Shown piece by piece: positions 27,884 through 39,600 of a stretch of 64,000 bases of DNA. How positions within the stretch are numbered: the stretch's first letter is position 1; each line of letters begins with the position of its first letter. The notes below the pieces were generated by a model, which searched no databases, was not told the origin of the DNA, and was given only the letters and a program-made list of their open reading frames with translations. The position numbers and the translations under genes were made by a program. The DNA comes from a virus, in the IMG/VR virus record IMGVR_UViG_3300035438_000194, positions 32,001-96,000 of that record; one strand, 5' to 3'.

Positions 27884-30800
27884 ATGGCGGAACAAAATAC
27901 TCCTGAGAAAGGTGCGCTTGTCACACCTGCTACTTTAAAATTGCAAAATGCACAAGGTGCTAAGTCACCTGTTAGTGGTGCTCCAGTAACTGGAGATATA
28001 AAAAGGGCAGCTGGTACTTCAGCAGGACCGCCTAATAAGCAGCCTGCTAACATGTCTAATCAGGAGAGGGCATTAGCACGTATGAACGGAGCTATGCTTA
28101 ATGCATATACTCCAGATACAAATAAGTATAATAAGATTACTACCTATAATGCAACGCATCATGGTAGAAACTTTGAAAGATACTATGCTCACCCTAAGTT
28201 TAAAGAGTTAGGCTTTAGTCCGTTTAGAGATAACGAGGCTCACTATAATAAGAACTCTTCTCTATGGGATGATGCACAAAGAGGTATTGTAACCGCTGGT
28301 AAGCTATTTGGTGGAGCATTTGTTGGGGCAGCTAAGAACTGGTCTAACCCGTTTTCAATGGAGCCTGATACAGAAGCTAGTGATGAAATGGAAAGACTTA
28401 TGTCTATTGGTTCCTCAAATAGAGGAGGCTTTGGCTCAAGTGTAATCAACTTTGGAGTTAACTCAGCTTACGGTTTTGGTGTAATGGGTGAGGTACTTGC
28501 TGAAGAAGCAGCGCTTGCATTAGGTACAGCTTTTTCTGGTGGTGCGTTAGGAGGGATGGCAGGTTTAAGAACCGCTTTAAATGCTAAGAAACTAGCAGGA
28601 GCATTTAGTTTAGGTAAAGCTGCAAAGTCTTTTACTAGTGCATTTAAAAATGTGACTAAGATAAATGAAGCACGTCAACTATGGGGTGCTGCAAAAGGAA
28701 TTGGTAAAGCAGCTGATTATCTTACACCGTTTAGTCAAACAAGATCTTTACTTACTCAAGCAGGTAGAGCTGAAGCTAAATGGGATAGTCTCGATAACAT
28801 GGCTAAAGTATCTAAAGGCTTTGGTTCATTCTACAGAGACTTACGTGAGATTAATGCTGTTACATATGAATCTAAATTAGAAGGTGGTGGAGTTCAGACT
28901 GAGGTTATTAACAACTTGATGTCTGACTTTAGAAAGAAGAACGGTAGAGACCCTAATGACCAAGAGGCACAGCTTATGTACCAACAAGGTCATAAAGCTG
29001 GGTACTTAAATGCTCAGATGAATGCTGTTGGTATTTATATATCTAACAAGATTGTATTAGACAAAGCATTAAAGGGTATACCGGGAATGGCTCAAGCTGA
29101 TAATGTAGCTAGAAGAACCATGAAAGGTACATTACTAAAGGTTCAGGACTGGGCTAAGAAAGGAGTTAATCCTTGGGAAGTTGCGTCTGGTATTAAGAAG
29201 TATGGTAAAGCTGCTTTCTACAAACAAACATTCAATCCAAAGAACTTAGCTAAAGGTGGTTTAGGTTACCTGTCTGCTAACTTAATGGAAGGTACTCAAG
29301 AGGTATACCAAGAAGCAATTGCTAATGGTATTACTAGTTATTATATGGACTCATTTAATAATCCATCTCGTGTAGGTGGAGCAGAGTTCCAAGCTAAGAT
29401 GTTAGGTGGTTTAAAGTCACAGATGAGTGGACAAGGTATGGAAACATTCTTATCTGGATTCTTGATGGCTGGACCAATGACTGCAGCTCAGTCAGCATTC
29501 TTTAAAGGAATGGACATGACTAGAAGAGCTAAGTTAAAGATGCAAGATAAAGCTTTTAAAGCTGATCCTGCTAATGCTGGTAAGGCAAGTCCATTTGAAG
29601 AACAACTCAATGCAGAGAAAGACTACGACAACAAAGTTGTAGATGCGTTGAATGATATGACAATGGATCCTAAGAAGTACTTCTCTGCTATTGAGCAGAA
29701 CGCAAGAACTCAGGCTGACTTAGAAAGATTAGGAGAACAAGCCGCAGCTGATGGAGACATGCATGCTGCTAAAAATATTAAGGATGAATCATTGACCAAC
29801 CACATTATTACAATGTTGGAGTCTGGTCACTTTGAAATATTCCAAGACCAACTTAAAGGTCTTAAAGAGTTAGATACTCAAGAGTTACAAGAAGCTTTTG
29901 ATGAGCCTGGTGATGCTAAGAAAACTGTAGCACAAAGAATTGATGCTGTACTTAAAAGAACAGAACAAATCAAAGCTACTTATCAAAAGTATCAAGAGAA
30001 AACAAATCCATTCTCAATGCGTGAAGACCCATTGAGCTATATGGCATTTGAACAAGCTAGAAATATTGCTATTAGAAATGATGTGACCTACCAGCGTACT
30101 GGTGAGCGTATGACTGATATCTTAAATCAGTTTAATAGTAATATGCCTTTCACAAATGCTGATGCTACAGACTTTACTAATTTGTTTGTAGTAGGAGGTA
30201 TGACTGAAGGCGGTAGTCCTAGAATAGGTTTAGGTAGTGAAATCAACTTATTGGATCAACAAATCCAAGGTTTAGATCCAGACATCCCAGAACAAAAAGC
30301 TGAGATGGACCGCCTTACTGAGAAGAGAGATAATCTTAAAAGTCTTAGCGGAACCTTACAAGCTTTTGCGTCTGCTTATAAAACAACACAGTCTGCTGCT
30401 CAAACTGAAGAGAAACATGCTACTAACATGGATACCTTCATTGAGACTGAGAAAGTATTCAAAGAAGCTTATGCTACTTATGTAAGAGGATTGGCTAAAG
30501 CTTCTGGTCAAACTGTTCTTGATTCAGCAATAGATGAAGGTTTCCAACAACTAGCTGACTTCTGGAAACTTAATGCAGATAGACAAGATGTAGCTAATGC
30601 TGTTAACATGATGCAGAATCCTGACATGTACAGAAACGCTACGGAAAAGATAAGAGATGCAATGGATAAAGCATTTGCAGCTCGTAAAGAAAGTTTAAAG
30701 AAAGCACTAGATGGCTATAAGAAAAAGCATTTAGTTAACGCTTTCTTTAATGACTTATTTGAAAAGTATAATGCGTTTGTAGAACCAGAGGAAGCTAATG

Positions 30801-33800
30801 GTTATATAGATAAGAATATAGTACCTGAAACATTCTATGATGCTGATACCCTAGAAGAAATTGAACCGGGGTCAGAAAAGTATAAAGGTATCATGGCACT
30901 GATTGATCAGTATGATGAAATTTACTTTGAAGAAACTGGTGAGCGTCTTATAAGAACAGAGTTACCAGAGAACATGCAAAGACTTGCAGGTTACAACACT
31001 GAGACTAAAGAAGCTATTTACCAAGAGTTCACACCTAGAGATCCTAAAGATAAGAGAAGTATTGCAGCTCTTGCAAAGGAGTTTGGGTTTAACAACATAG
31101 ACACTGAGTCACCTGTTGAGGCCCTGGAGGTACTTAAAGCAATTGCTAGAAGCAAACATGGTTATGTACCAAGAGCGCAAAAGAAACTGGCTCAAGCCTT
31201 ACTAGGATTTATTAAACCAGGTACATTAATCAGATTTAAGAATGGTCACCGTACAAATAGTACGTTTGATCCTGTTAATGGTATTATTGTAGATGCTAAC
31301 TTCAGTGCAGAAGGTTTTCAAAATGCTAACATTCCTATTGAGTTCTCTATCTTAAATGCAGTAATGCAACAAGTAGCTTCTGAGTCATTAGCTGACCCGG
31401 ACTTCAATAACAGAATAACAGCTCTTAGAGAACAGTTCAATGAGTCATTAGAAGCAAACGATAGAAACTACTTTAAGTATGCTTTAGCAAATAACCAACA
31501 GTTTGTTGCAGAGGCGATGACCAATGCAGACTTACAAGCTGAGATGGGTAAGAAGCCATTTGAGGGAGAGATGACTGAACAAACCGCAGAGGCTAAGACC
31601 ATGTGGGAATCATTCATGGACTCCATCTATGAGGCACTTGAGAAGATATTTGGTGTTACAAGAGGTAAGAGCCTTTACCAAGAGGCTATGAATGTTATCA
31701 CAAACAAGCTTGCTCAACCTGGCGTTGCTGGTCCTTCAGCTGTACCTAGTGTATTAGCTGAAGATGAGGTCATTGAAGATGATATTGATATTGAGGAAGA
31801 TGAACCAGAGTTGGATCAAATGCTTCGTGCTAAATTCAACGAGATAGTAAATGCAATGCCTGCTGCAGACAAAGTAGGTATGAACTTTGAAACTTGGAAG
31901 CAAAGTGACTCAGTAGCTATCAGCATGCGTAATAAGTATAATGCTGATAAGATTAAGAAAAAAACTGGCACCCCTGGTGGAGCTACAGTAATGACTGAGG
32001 CTGAGCAAGTTAGACGTTTAACATCTTTAGGTTATCAGATCTCTGAGATCAATAACATGAAGAAGGACGGTAAACAGGATGATATTGATAACATTATTAA
32101 GAATGATATCAAGAAGAAGATTCAGATACGTAGCGTTGACTCTAAGGGTAATGTAACTTACATCGAAGCAGACTATGATCAACCTATAACTGCACGACCT
32201 AATGTTATAGCAGCAATCAACAAAGCTGTTAAGACACTTGAAGACGCTAATGTTGGTTTGACAGCTGATGAAGAAAACTATATACAACGCGTACAAGTTG
32301 GTGTTGATGAAAAAACAGGAGAACCTATCTACAAGCAAAAAGAAGGTACACCTCTTTATGAGCGTACTTCACATGTTGTAAAAGATAAGTTTGAAGGTAC
32401 TAATAAAGAAGCAACTGACCGTGGTAACATTATTGACTTACTACTAAGAGACTTCCTTAAAGGGGACATCTTAGATATCAGACAGTTTAGAAATGCTTAC
32501 GCTAAATATCAAAAGAAGCATAGCTCTGCAGTATTTAGTGAAGAGATGTTGAATGACTTATTTGATAAATTTAGAAGTGTGCAAATACTTTTAAAGTCAA
32601 ACGGACTTACAGTAATCTCTAACTTACCGGGTCTTTATGGTAAAATTGGTAAGAGATACACAGCAGGTGCAGTTGACCTTATTGCATATGATGCTGCTGG
32701 TAGAGTTTATATCATTGACCTTAAGACATCAACACAAGACAGAAGAGCTCAGTATAAACTAGAGACTGATCTTGAGAATGAATTTGGTGCTAGATACTCT
32801 GAAATCAAAGAAGCTATCAAAGGTGGACGTGAAAAGAAGAAGTCTTTAAGCGAGACCCTCAACAGTACTCGTATATCTGAGGAGGATAAGAAGAGAATCA
32901 TGAAGGTGGCTGAAGCAAACCCTACTGAAGATGCTATCTACTTTTTCAAGGACCAGGATGCTAAGCAACAAAATGCCTATAAAGAGTTACTAAGACAATC
33001 AACAGGTTTGGTTGCTGATATGTTAACTATCTTCCCATTACTTACTTCTAAGACCGGTAAGATCTTTACTAAGGTAGAGTTCCAGAAAGAAGGAAAGGAT
33101 CACTCTATGAGAGTAGAGACTTATGACATCCATGATAAACTTGGATTGGTAAATGAGGCTACTTACCCAGAGAACCCTATTGACAGAGCTGCTAAAGAAA
33201 CTCCTATAACCAAAGAACCTGCTGAGGAACCTATTACTGAAGTACCTAACTTTTTTACTTTAGGAGATGTTAACTACTCTGAGAATGGAATTGACACTAA
33301 GTATTATATTGCCGTTCCTCAAAGTTCAACCCTATCTTGGGATGAAATAGTAGAAAAAAATAGCATAACCCGAGAAGAATATATTAAGGCTTATGCTGAA
33401 AGTTTAAAAGAAAAAGAAGCTATAAGAAAAAGAGAAGAGAAAGAAAGAGAGGTTGCTGAAGAAAAAAGAAAAAAAGAAGAAGCTTATTGGGGAAATAATA
33501 CTAACAACCTAGTAGGTAAAACACTTCAATTTGATGTTGGAGAAAATGAGAAAGGAGAGCCCTTTAGAAAAAGTGTTAAGATAGAAAAAGTTCACTTACT
33601 AGAGAATGGTAATTACAGAATCATTGCATCAAGCAGGGGTGGAAGATTATATGATGTAACTACTGATGAAAATGGAAATATACTTTCTTATACGAGAGAT
33701 GGTAAAACATTTAGTGGTAACATCACAGATGAAATATTTTTTCCATCTGACTCTTTTGTAAAACCGCTAGAAAGTACTGTAGAAGAACAACCTACTCAAG

Positions 33801-36643
33801 AGAATGAGGGGCCTGTGTTTGAAGTTTTTGGTAATGATGTGGTTTATACTGTAGATGGTTCTATAGCACAGGAGTATGATTCACCTGAAGCTGCTAGAGA
33901 AGGTCTTAAGGAATGGTTAGCCGTACAACAGAAAAATATTGATAAAGCTTTAATTGAGGCAGACAGAAGAAAAGCTCTAAGAGAAAACAAAGATGTACTT
34001 AACAATCAGTATGTTATTGGAAGCCCTGAAACAGTTGAGGAAAGAATCAACAAGATATATGATCAAAAGTTAAGAGATGCTGGTATAACTCCTCCTACTC
34101 GAACTAAAGGTAGAGTTAAAGTTAAAGCATTTAGAACCACAGGTACCTTCTCATCTAAAGTACAGTATGCTCAACGTGGTGCTGGAGAGTACTATGCATT
34201 GGACAAACCTTTCCAAGACTCTGCAGTACCTGGTGAAGTAACTGAAGTAGAAGTTGAGTATGATACCAACAAAACTTTAGATGCAACAACTGTAGCTGGT
34301 CAACAAGAGTTTATGGCTATTAAGATGAGTGCTATCAACGGTAAGAAGTTTAGCTCTCAAGATGAAATGAATGAGGCTGTGAGAACAGCAATGTTGGAAG
34401 CAGGCTATGAGTCACTTATAGGAAGAATCGATGAGGATGTTCCTTCTGCAGGTAGAGAACTTGTTCTTTACACTAGAATGCCTAATCAAGGTAGTGAGAC
34501 CAGAGATAAGCAGGAGATGGAGGAAGAGTTTGAAGAACCGATTCCTGAAGAGAGAGAACCTGTTAGAGAGAAGACTAATCATGAGATAAACTTTGAGACC
34601 AGTCCTTTCCAATACAGACCTACTGCAACTACCCTTGGTTACTGGAATAACATTGAAGGTAGAATTGTATACTTCAGTAAGAAAACCGGAGAAGAAATTC
34701 TTAATCCAAATAGAATTAGGAAAGCTGCGCAAAAAACATTTGATCCTAACAACAAGAAGACACACGCTAACTTTAAGTTCTGGTGGAATAATCTTCTTAA
34801 TGATAGACAACGTTATGCTCTCAGAGAAGGTTTGAGGAGTGAGCTTTGGACAGCTGCAGGTAATGGTGATGACATGTATAGTGATGAGTATCGCATAATG
34901 TCAAGACTAAGATACATGAAGTTTAAACCCACTAAATTTAATAAAGCTGAGTTTACAGATGTTAGTCAAAAAGTATGGTTCTCTGATAAAGGAGCAGCCT
35001 TAGATTTGTTTGTGCTGGAAGATCTTATAGGTAATGTTAATAACGGTTTTCCTGAAGATACTGATCAGCAGTACTTACAAGATATGGTCATTGATCTAAT
35101 CAAGCAGTATCCTAACGGTATAACTAATTATGACCTAAAGCAAATCCTAAGAAGAGATAGCTTCCAAGTTCAATTTGAAGAACTTATGGATGGCTTTACA
35201 ACAAGCTATGGTGTTGACTTAAACAGTCTAGCTGCTTTGATGGATATGTATGTAGATACACTAAAACCAGTTAAATCAATACAAGAAATAAATGAACAAG
35301 AAGACCGTGAAAGTCAAGGACCATCCACAGATCAAGAGGGCGATGGCGAGCAGAGAACTCCTACTGAAGTTGCTCCGAGGTTCCAAGGAAAAGTAATTGT
35401 TACAAACTTTAGTAGCGATACTCCCCTTGTAAAAGACATTCCGGGTGTTACTTATGGTACAGATCTTTATGCAGAAGCGTTACCTAAGTTCTTCACTCCA
35501 GAAGTACTTGCTATAATGGCTAATGCTAGCATATCAGGTGAGAATCAATTAGTAAACTCAATATGGGAAGCTGCTAAATTCTTATCAGAAGGTAAAGAAC
35601 TCACAGCTGAAGATGTTAAAAAAATAAACTCTATACTGGGTCTTTCTGTATATGTGAAGAATAAGTTTCTTTCAGATCCTAAATTCCCATATAGTGATCG
35701 TCCTAAAAACGCACAATTAACACTTGACACCTTAACTAGACTTAAGGAAGCTGTTGATAATCAAGTAGTTAAAGATGCTAGAGTTATTGCTGAAAATGGT
35801 GGTACTGTTGTATTTGATAACAACTCATTGATTACACACCCTGGTGTAGATGAAGTGTTAATCAGCAAAAGTTCTGATGACTACCAGAAAAAGGCACCAA
35901 CCTCTGAATCAAGAAGAAACTTTGACGCCCTTATTAGCAATGTTAGTTACACAGACATCTCAGGTAAAGACCTTGTAGATTATCTTAAGGGTACTGAAAC
36001 ACTGCGGTATACGCTAGATCCTAAACTTAAGAATATAAGAGAGGCTCTTTCTAAAGCAGAAGACCGTTTGGCAGTAGCAAAAATCATAACGGATACAGGG
36101 ATTTTAAACGACATAGGTGTGTTGGATCAAATACTTAAAGAACAGAACTTAACTAGAGATGAACTTCGTGAACTGAGTTCTAATGCTAAGGCTAGATTCA
36201 AGGGTACTCTTGCTTTTGCTGATATTGCGCAACGTATTAAACCAGGGTTACCAATTGAAGAACGTATTATCCAATACACTGATAAAGATGGTAATGTTAA
36301 GACTGGTGTAATTATGGAAGTTATAGGCTTTGTTGATAACGTAGAAGTTGCTCCATATACTGGTAAAGAAAGTATGTCAGATTTGCAAGATCAGTCAAAG
36401 TGGGTTACCTTTACAGTAGGTGAAATACCTTATAAACTATTTGATGTTAAAACAACACCGCCAGTGACTGCAACTCCAGATATAACTCAACAATCAGATG
36501 ATTTACTTAAGGCTGAGCAAGCTAATAAAGCTGCTGCAGTAGAAGCATTTAAGAATAAAATCAATGATGATGACTTTAAAAATGAATCTGTTGATGATGC
36601 TGAGGATGATTTGTTTGACGGACTTCAAGAATGCCCCTTTTAA
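27884..36643 (+). CDS. Giant polyvalent ejection protein (2919 aa): N-terminal Gly/Ala membrane-like helices, degenerate zincin, PD-(D/E)XK nuclease, ART-like domain
   Basis: AGAVDLIAYD..G.VYIIDLKT...QQNAY nuclease motif (~32350-33050); FVAEAMTN; AFRT...GAGEYY...AGYESL...RELVLY. Confidence 0.75.
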   Translation: MAEQNTPEKGALVTPATLKLQNAQGAKSPVSGAPVTGDIKRAAGTSAGPPNKQPANMSNQERALARMNGAMLNAYTPDTNKYNKITTYNATHHGRNFERYYAHPKFKELGFSPFRDNEAHYNKNSSLWDDAQRGIVTAGKLFGGAFVGAAKNWSNPFSMEPDTEASDEMERLMSIGSSNRGGFGSSVINFGVNSAYGFGVMGEVLAEEAALALGTAFSGGALGGMAGLRTALNAKKLAGAFSLGKAAKSFTSAFKNVTKINEARQLWGAAKGIGKAADYLTPFSQTRSLLTQAGRAEAKWDSLDNMAKVSKGFGSFYRDLREINAVTYESKLEGGGVQTEVINNLMSDFRKKNGRDPNDQEAQLMYQQGHKAGYLNAQMNAVGIYISNKIVLDKALKGIPGMAQADNVARRTMKGTLLKVQDWAKKGVNPWEVASGIKKYGKAAFYKQTFNPKNLAKGGLGYLSANLMEGTQEVYQEAIANGITSYYMDSFNNPSRVGGAEFQAKMLGGLKSQMSGQGMETFLSGFLMAGPMTAAQSAFFKGMDMTRRAKLKMQDKAFKADPANAGKASPFEEQLNAEKDYDNKVVDALNDMTMDPKKYFSAIEQNARTQADLERLGEQAAADGDMHAAKNIKDESLTNHIITMLESGHFEIFQDQLKGLKELDTQELQEAFDEPGDAKKTVAQRIDAVLKRTEQIKATYQKYQEKTNPFSMREDPLSYMAFEQARNIAIRNDVTYQRTGERMTDILNQFNSNMPFTNADATDFTNLFVVGGMTEGGSPRIGLGSEINLLDQQIQGLDPDIPEQKAEMDRLTEKRDNLKSLSGTLQAFASAYKTTQSAAQTEEKHATNMDTFIETEKVFKEAYATYVRGLAKASGQTVLDSAIDEGFQQLADFWKLNADRQDVANAVNMMQNPDMYRNATEKIRDAMDKAFAARKESLKKALDGYKKKHLVNAFFNDLFEKYNAFVEPEEANGYIDKNIVPETFYDADTLEEIEPGSEKYKGIMALIDQYDEIYFEETGERLIRTELPENMQRLAGYNTETKEAIYQEFTPRDPKDKRSIAALAKEFGFNNIDTESPVEALEVLKAIARSKHGYVPRAQKKLAQALLGFIKPGTLIRFKNGHRTNSTFDPVNGIIVDANFSAEGFQNANIPIEFSILNAVMQQVASESLADPDFNNRITALREQFNESLEANDRNYFKYALANNQQFVAEAMTNADLQAEMGKKPFEGEMTEQTAEAKTMWESFMDSIYEALEKIFGVTRGKSLYQEAMNVITNKLAQPGVAGPSAVPSVLAEDEVIEDDIDIEEDEPELDQMLRAKFNEIVNAMPAADKVGMNFETWKQSDSVAISMRNKYNADKIKKKTGTPGGATVMTEAEQVRRLTSLGYQISEINNMKKDGKQDDIDNIIKNDIKKKIQIRSVDSKGNVTYIEADYDQPITARPNVIAAINKAVKTLEDANVGLTADEENYIQRVQVGVDEKTGEPIYKQKEGTPLYERTSHVVKDKFEGTNKEATDRGNIIDLLLRDFLKGDILDIRQFRNAYAKYQKKHSSAVFSEEMLNDLFDKFRSVQILLKSNGLTVISNLPGLYGKIGKRYTAGAVDLIAYDAAGRVYIIDLKTSTQDRRAQYKLETDLENEFGARYSEIKEAIKGGREKKKSLSETLNSTRISEEDKKRIMKVAEANPTEDAIYFFKDQDAKQQNAYKELLRQSTGLVADMLTIFPLLTSKTGKIFTKVEFQKEGKDHSMRVETYDIHDKLGLVNEATYPENPIDRAAKETPITKEPAEEPITEVPNFFTLGDVNYSENGIDTKYYIAVPQSSTLSWDEIVEKNSITREEYIKAYAESLKEKEAIRKREEKEREVAEEKRKKEEAYWGNNTNNLVGKTLQFDVGENEKGEPFRKSVKIEKVHLLENGNYRIIASSRGGRLYDVTTDENGNILSYTRDGKTFSGNITDEIFFPSDSFVKPLESTVEEQPTQENEGPVFEVFGNDVVYTVDGSIAQEYDSPEAAREGLKEWLAVQQKNIDKALIEADRRKALRENKDVLNNQYVIGSPETVEERINKIYDQKLRDAGITPPTRTKGRVKVKAFRTTGTFSSKVQYAQRGAGEYYALDKPFQDSAVPGEVTEVEVEYDTNKTLDATTVAGQQEFMAIKMSAINGKKFSSQDEMNEAVRTAMLEAGYESLIGRIDEDVPSAGRELVLYTRMPNQGSETRDKQEMEEEFEEPIPEEREPVREKTNHEINFETSPFQYRPTATTLGYWNNIEGRIVYFSKKTGEEILNPNRIRKAAQKTFDPNNKKTHANFKFWWNNLLNDRQRYALREGLRSELWTAAGNGDDMYSDEYRIMSRLRYMKFKPTKFNKAEFTDVSQKVWFSDKGAALDLFVLEDLIGNVNNGFPEDTDQQYLQDMVIDLIKQYPNGITNYDLKQILRRDSFQVQFEELMDGFTTSYGVDLNSLAALMDMYVDTLKPVKSIQEINEQEDRESQGPSTDQEGDGEQRTPTEVAPRFQGKVIVTNFSSDTPLVKDIPGVTYGTDLYAEALPKFFTPEVLAIMANASISGENQLVNSIWEAAKFLSEGKELTAEDVKKINSILGLSVYVKNKFLSDPKFPYSDRPKNAQLTLDTLTRLKEAVDNQVVKDARVIAENGGTVVFDNNSLITHPGVDEVLISKSSDDYQKKAPTSESRRNFDALISNVSYTDISGKDLVDYLKGTETLRYTLDPKLKNIREALSKAEDRLAVAKIITDTGILNDIGVLDQILKEQNLTRDELRELSSNAKARFKGTLAFADIAQRIKPGLPIEERIIQYTDKDGNVKTGVIMEVIGFVDNVEVAPYTGKESMSDLQDQSKWVTFTVGEIPYKLFDVKTTPPVTATPDITQQSDDLLKAEQANKAAAVEAFKNKINDDDFKNESVDDAEDDLFDGLQECPF

Positions 36644-36663
36644 TAATTTTAAAAAATTGAGTA

Positions 36664-39600
36664 ATGATTTGTAAACCTGACGGAACATACGAGATAGAAC
36701 AATCTGATATTGATAAAGTTAATAAATGGGTATATAAGCTTCTTAGCACTAGAGCTACTAGCGGTACCCGTACTTTTGACCTTAATGCTTTTGTTAAGTA
36801 TGTATATACCAGAAGTTTAGAAAAAACAAATGATGCTCAAAAGGCATTAACAATTGCTAGACAGGTTCCAATTGCTATTGATCTTGTTATCAGCGCTGAT
36901 CCTGATCTTAGAAAAGGATTAGCTGCTTTACAAGGTTACTCAAGAGATGCAGTTGATGCTATGGGAGATTCTTTCTTAGAGTCTATGACTGCTGTATCTG
37001 ATTTGGTTAATACAGACCCTACTAAGAAGGATCTTGCTAATACCTTAGCAGCAACTGCAAATGTAGAATTGTTACAACCTGTAACTCCTACAATACAAGC
37101 AGGTGCATTAGAGACTGGTAGAGAACTTGTAAGTGATTTGCCTTATACACCTCTCAGTACAACTGGTAATGAAGATATACCAGGTAGAGAATGGTACTAT
37201 GGTTTTATAAAGAATATTAGCAATCAAGATCTTGGATTAAGTAATACTGGTACTGCATCATACTTTGGTGTTAAAGATGGTATCCGCATTGCTATGGTGC
37301 TTGGTAGTCAGATTCCTGTAGATCAGTTATACTTGGATGTACAGAATCAAACTGACATTGAAGACATAAAAAAGAATCAGTTGTTTACTGTAGTTACAGA
37401 TAATGCTGGAAACTTTGTATACTTTAATGAGAACTATGAGGTAACTGATGCTGAGAATGGTAAACTAGTATACTTCCCTACAAGAACTATCCCTTCTATG
37501 AAGGTAGTAGATGGACGCAAGGTGTTTAATCTAGGTGAGCAATCTGACCGTACTGTACAAAGTATTAAGGATAAAGTGCGTAAAATAATGGCTGACGCTC
37601 CTTTGCTTAAAGAGAAAGATGCAAGAGAGCAAGTAGAAGTAGAGTTCCAAGGAGCCTACAGTCTACTTAGTGATATAGCAGATCATTTACAAAATAATCC
37701 TTCAGATAAGGTATTACTAAACTTGACTGGTATCAATAAGGGTACATTGCGCTATGACCAAGATACGGTTACTCCGCTATCCTCTATCAAGAACTTAGGC
37801 GCACTGAATCTTAGGATTAGAACAACTGGCGTTAGTTCTGAAGGAACCAAACAAGAATTTGAAACAAGAAGATATCTTGCTATTGATGGTGTATCAGACA
37901 AGATAGGATTCTCTATGAACAGCTTTAGTACAGCAATGGCCTCTAAAGTAGCTGACTTATTAGTCAATGATGTTTATACAGAAGATGGCACTCGTTTGTC
38001 TACAGATGACAAATACAAGATGATAAGAACCTTTGTACCATTGGGTACTACAGGTCTTACTATAGTTACGGCAAATAATGAAATCAAGATTGGTGGTAAT
38101 ACAGTAGACTTATCAGATAAAGCTGCAGCAAAAGCAGCTATAGTAGAATTCCTTACAAGAACCATTAAAGTAAATGATTCAAAAGGGAACGAGATAGAGA
38201 TTAAAAACCAACTGCGATTTGACGGAAAGACTTACGAGGCTTCTAACGGAGTCATTGATGATTTTACTATTACACCAGCATCAGATGGAACATACACAGT
38301 TGCTAGCAATTTAGTTGACTACAAGACTTGGCTTAAGGATAATGCTTATATCAAAATACAACTTGACTCTAACGGTAACGTTACACAAGTTAATGGTTAC
38401 TTTGAATTCAATGCAAGTCCTGAGACAAGAAAAACTATAGCAAGTAGACAAGTTGAGCAGATGGCTGTACCTAAGAAAGGTGGAGATCTTTCTTTGAACG
38501 GTTTGACTGCACCAACAGTTGAGGATAAAGAAAACGCATTAGCTAAAATTAGAGAAAGAGCAAAGGGTAGAAACAACAAACCTTTGTTCTCAATGCGTCA
38601 TGATTCATTAGCTGCAAACAAGGCTCAGATTAGACGAGGTAAGAAGTGGTTTGATACTACTGAAATTAAGTTTAAAGATGCAGACGGAAAAGTTGTAACT
38701 AAGAAACTATCAGAGATTGTACCTTATGAGGTTATGTTTAACGTGATCAACAGCAATGGTGATATACGTGCTACATGGACCCGTAATGGTATTACCCTTT
38801 TCAATGGATCAGACTATACAGACCTTTACCATGAAGCATGGCATGGCTTTACTCAGTTGTTCTTAACTGCTGATCAGAAGACTGCTTTGTATAATGAGGT
38901 AAAGAGTCTTAAAGAAGACATTAAGTACTATGATCATAAGGCTGGAGAATGGAAGACCATGAACTCCAAAGACTTAGATTTTAGCGACAGAAATCATATT
39001 ATATATGCTGAAGAATATCTAGCAGACAAGTTTAGAAAATATTCAATGGACAGATCTGCACCAAGTGCTAAAGTTAAGTCCATCTTCAGAAAGATATGGG
39101 ATGCTATTAAAGCATTGTTTAGCAGAAGCACTAAAGAATCTGCGGCTAACCCATATAACAACACATTAATAAATCAAGCATTTGACCAGTTATATACTGG
39201 TAACTTAGTTGACTATACATTTGATCAAGCTAACATTCAGTTTGGTCAGTTAAACTATGGTATAACAGCCATTGATAAAGATTTAAACGGTATAGAAGGT
39301 CTTAGTGTTGAAGACTCTCTTGCTATATCAGAAGGTATAAACCACTACATAGCTGAGTATATTGATATGGCGGTAGCTGGTCTAGTATACGGTGATGCTA
39401 ATCCTGCATATAGTTCTTTGATCCTAACGGACGCTGAGTACAAAAAGGAAGCATTATTTTACGCTAAGGATATGTTACAGGTTCAGCTTGATAAACTTTT
39501 AGCTGAGTATGGTACAAAGGTTTCCTACGAGAAGCAAATAGCTGAGAGACAAATCAAAACATTAACATTTGCTATTGATCAGTTTGGTGATCTAGATGAT

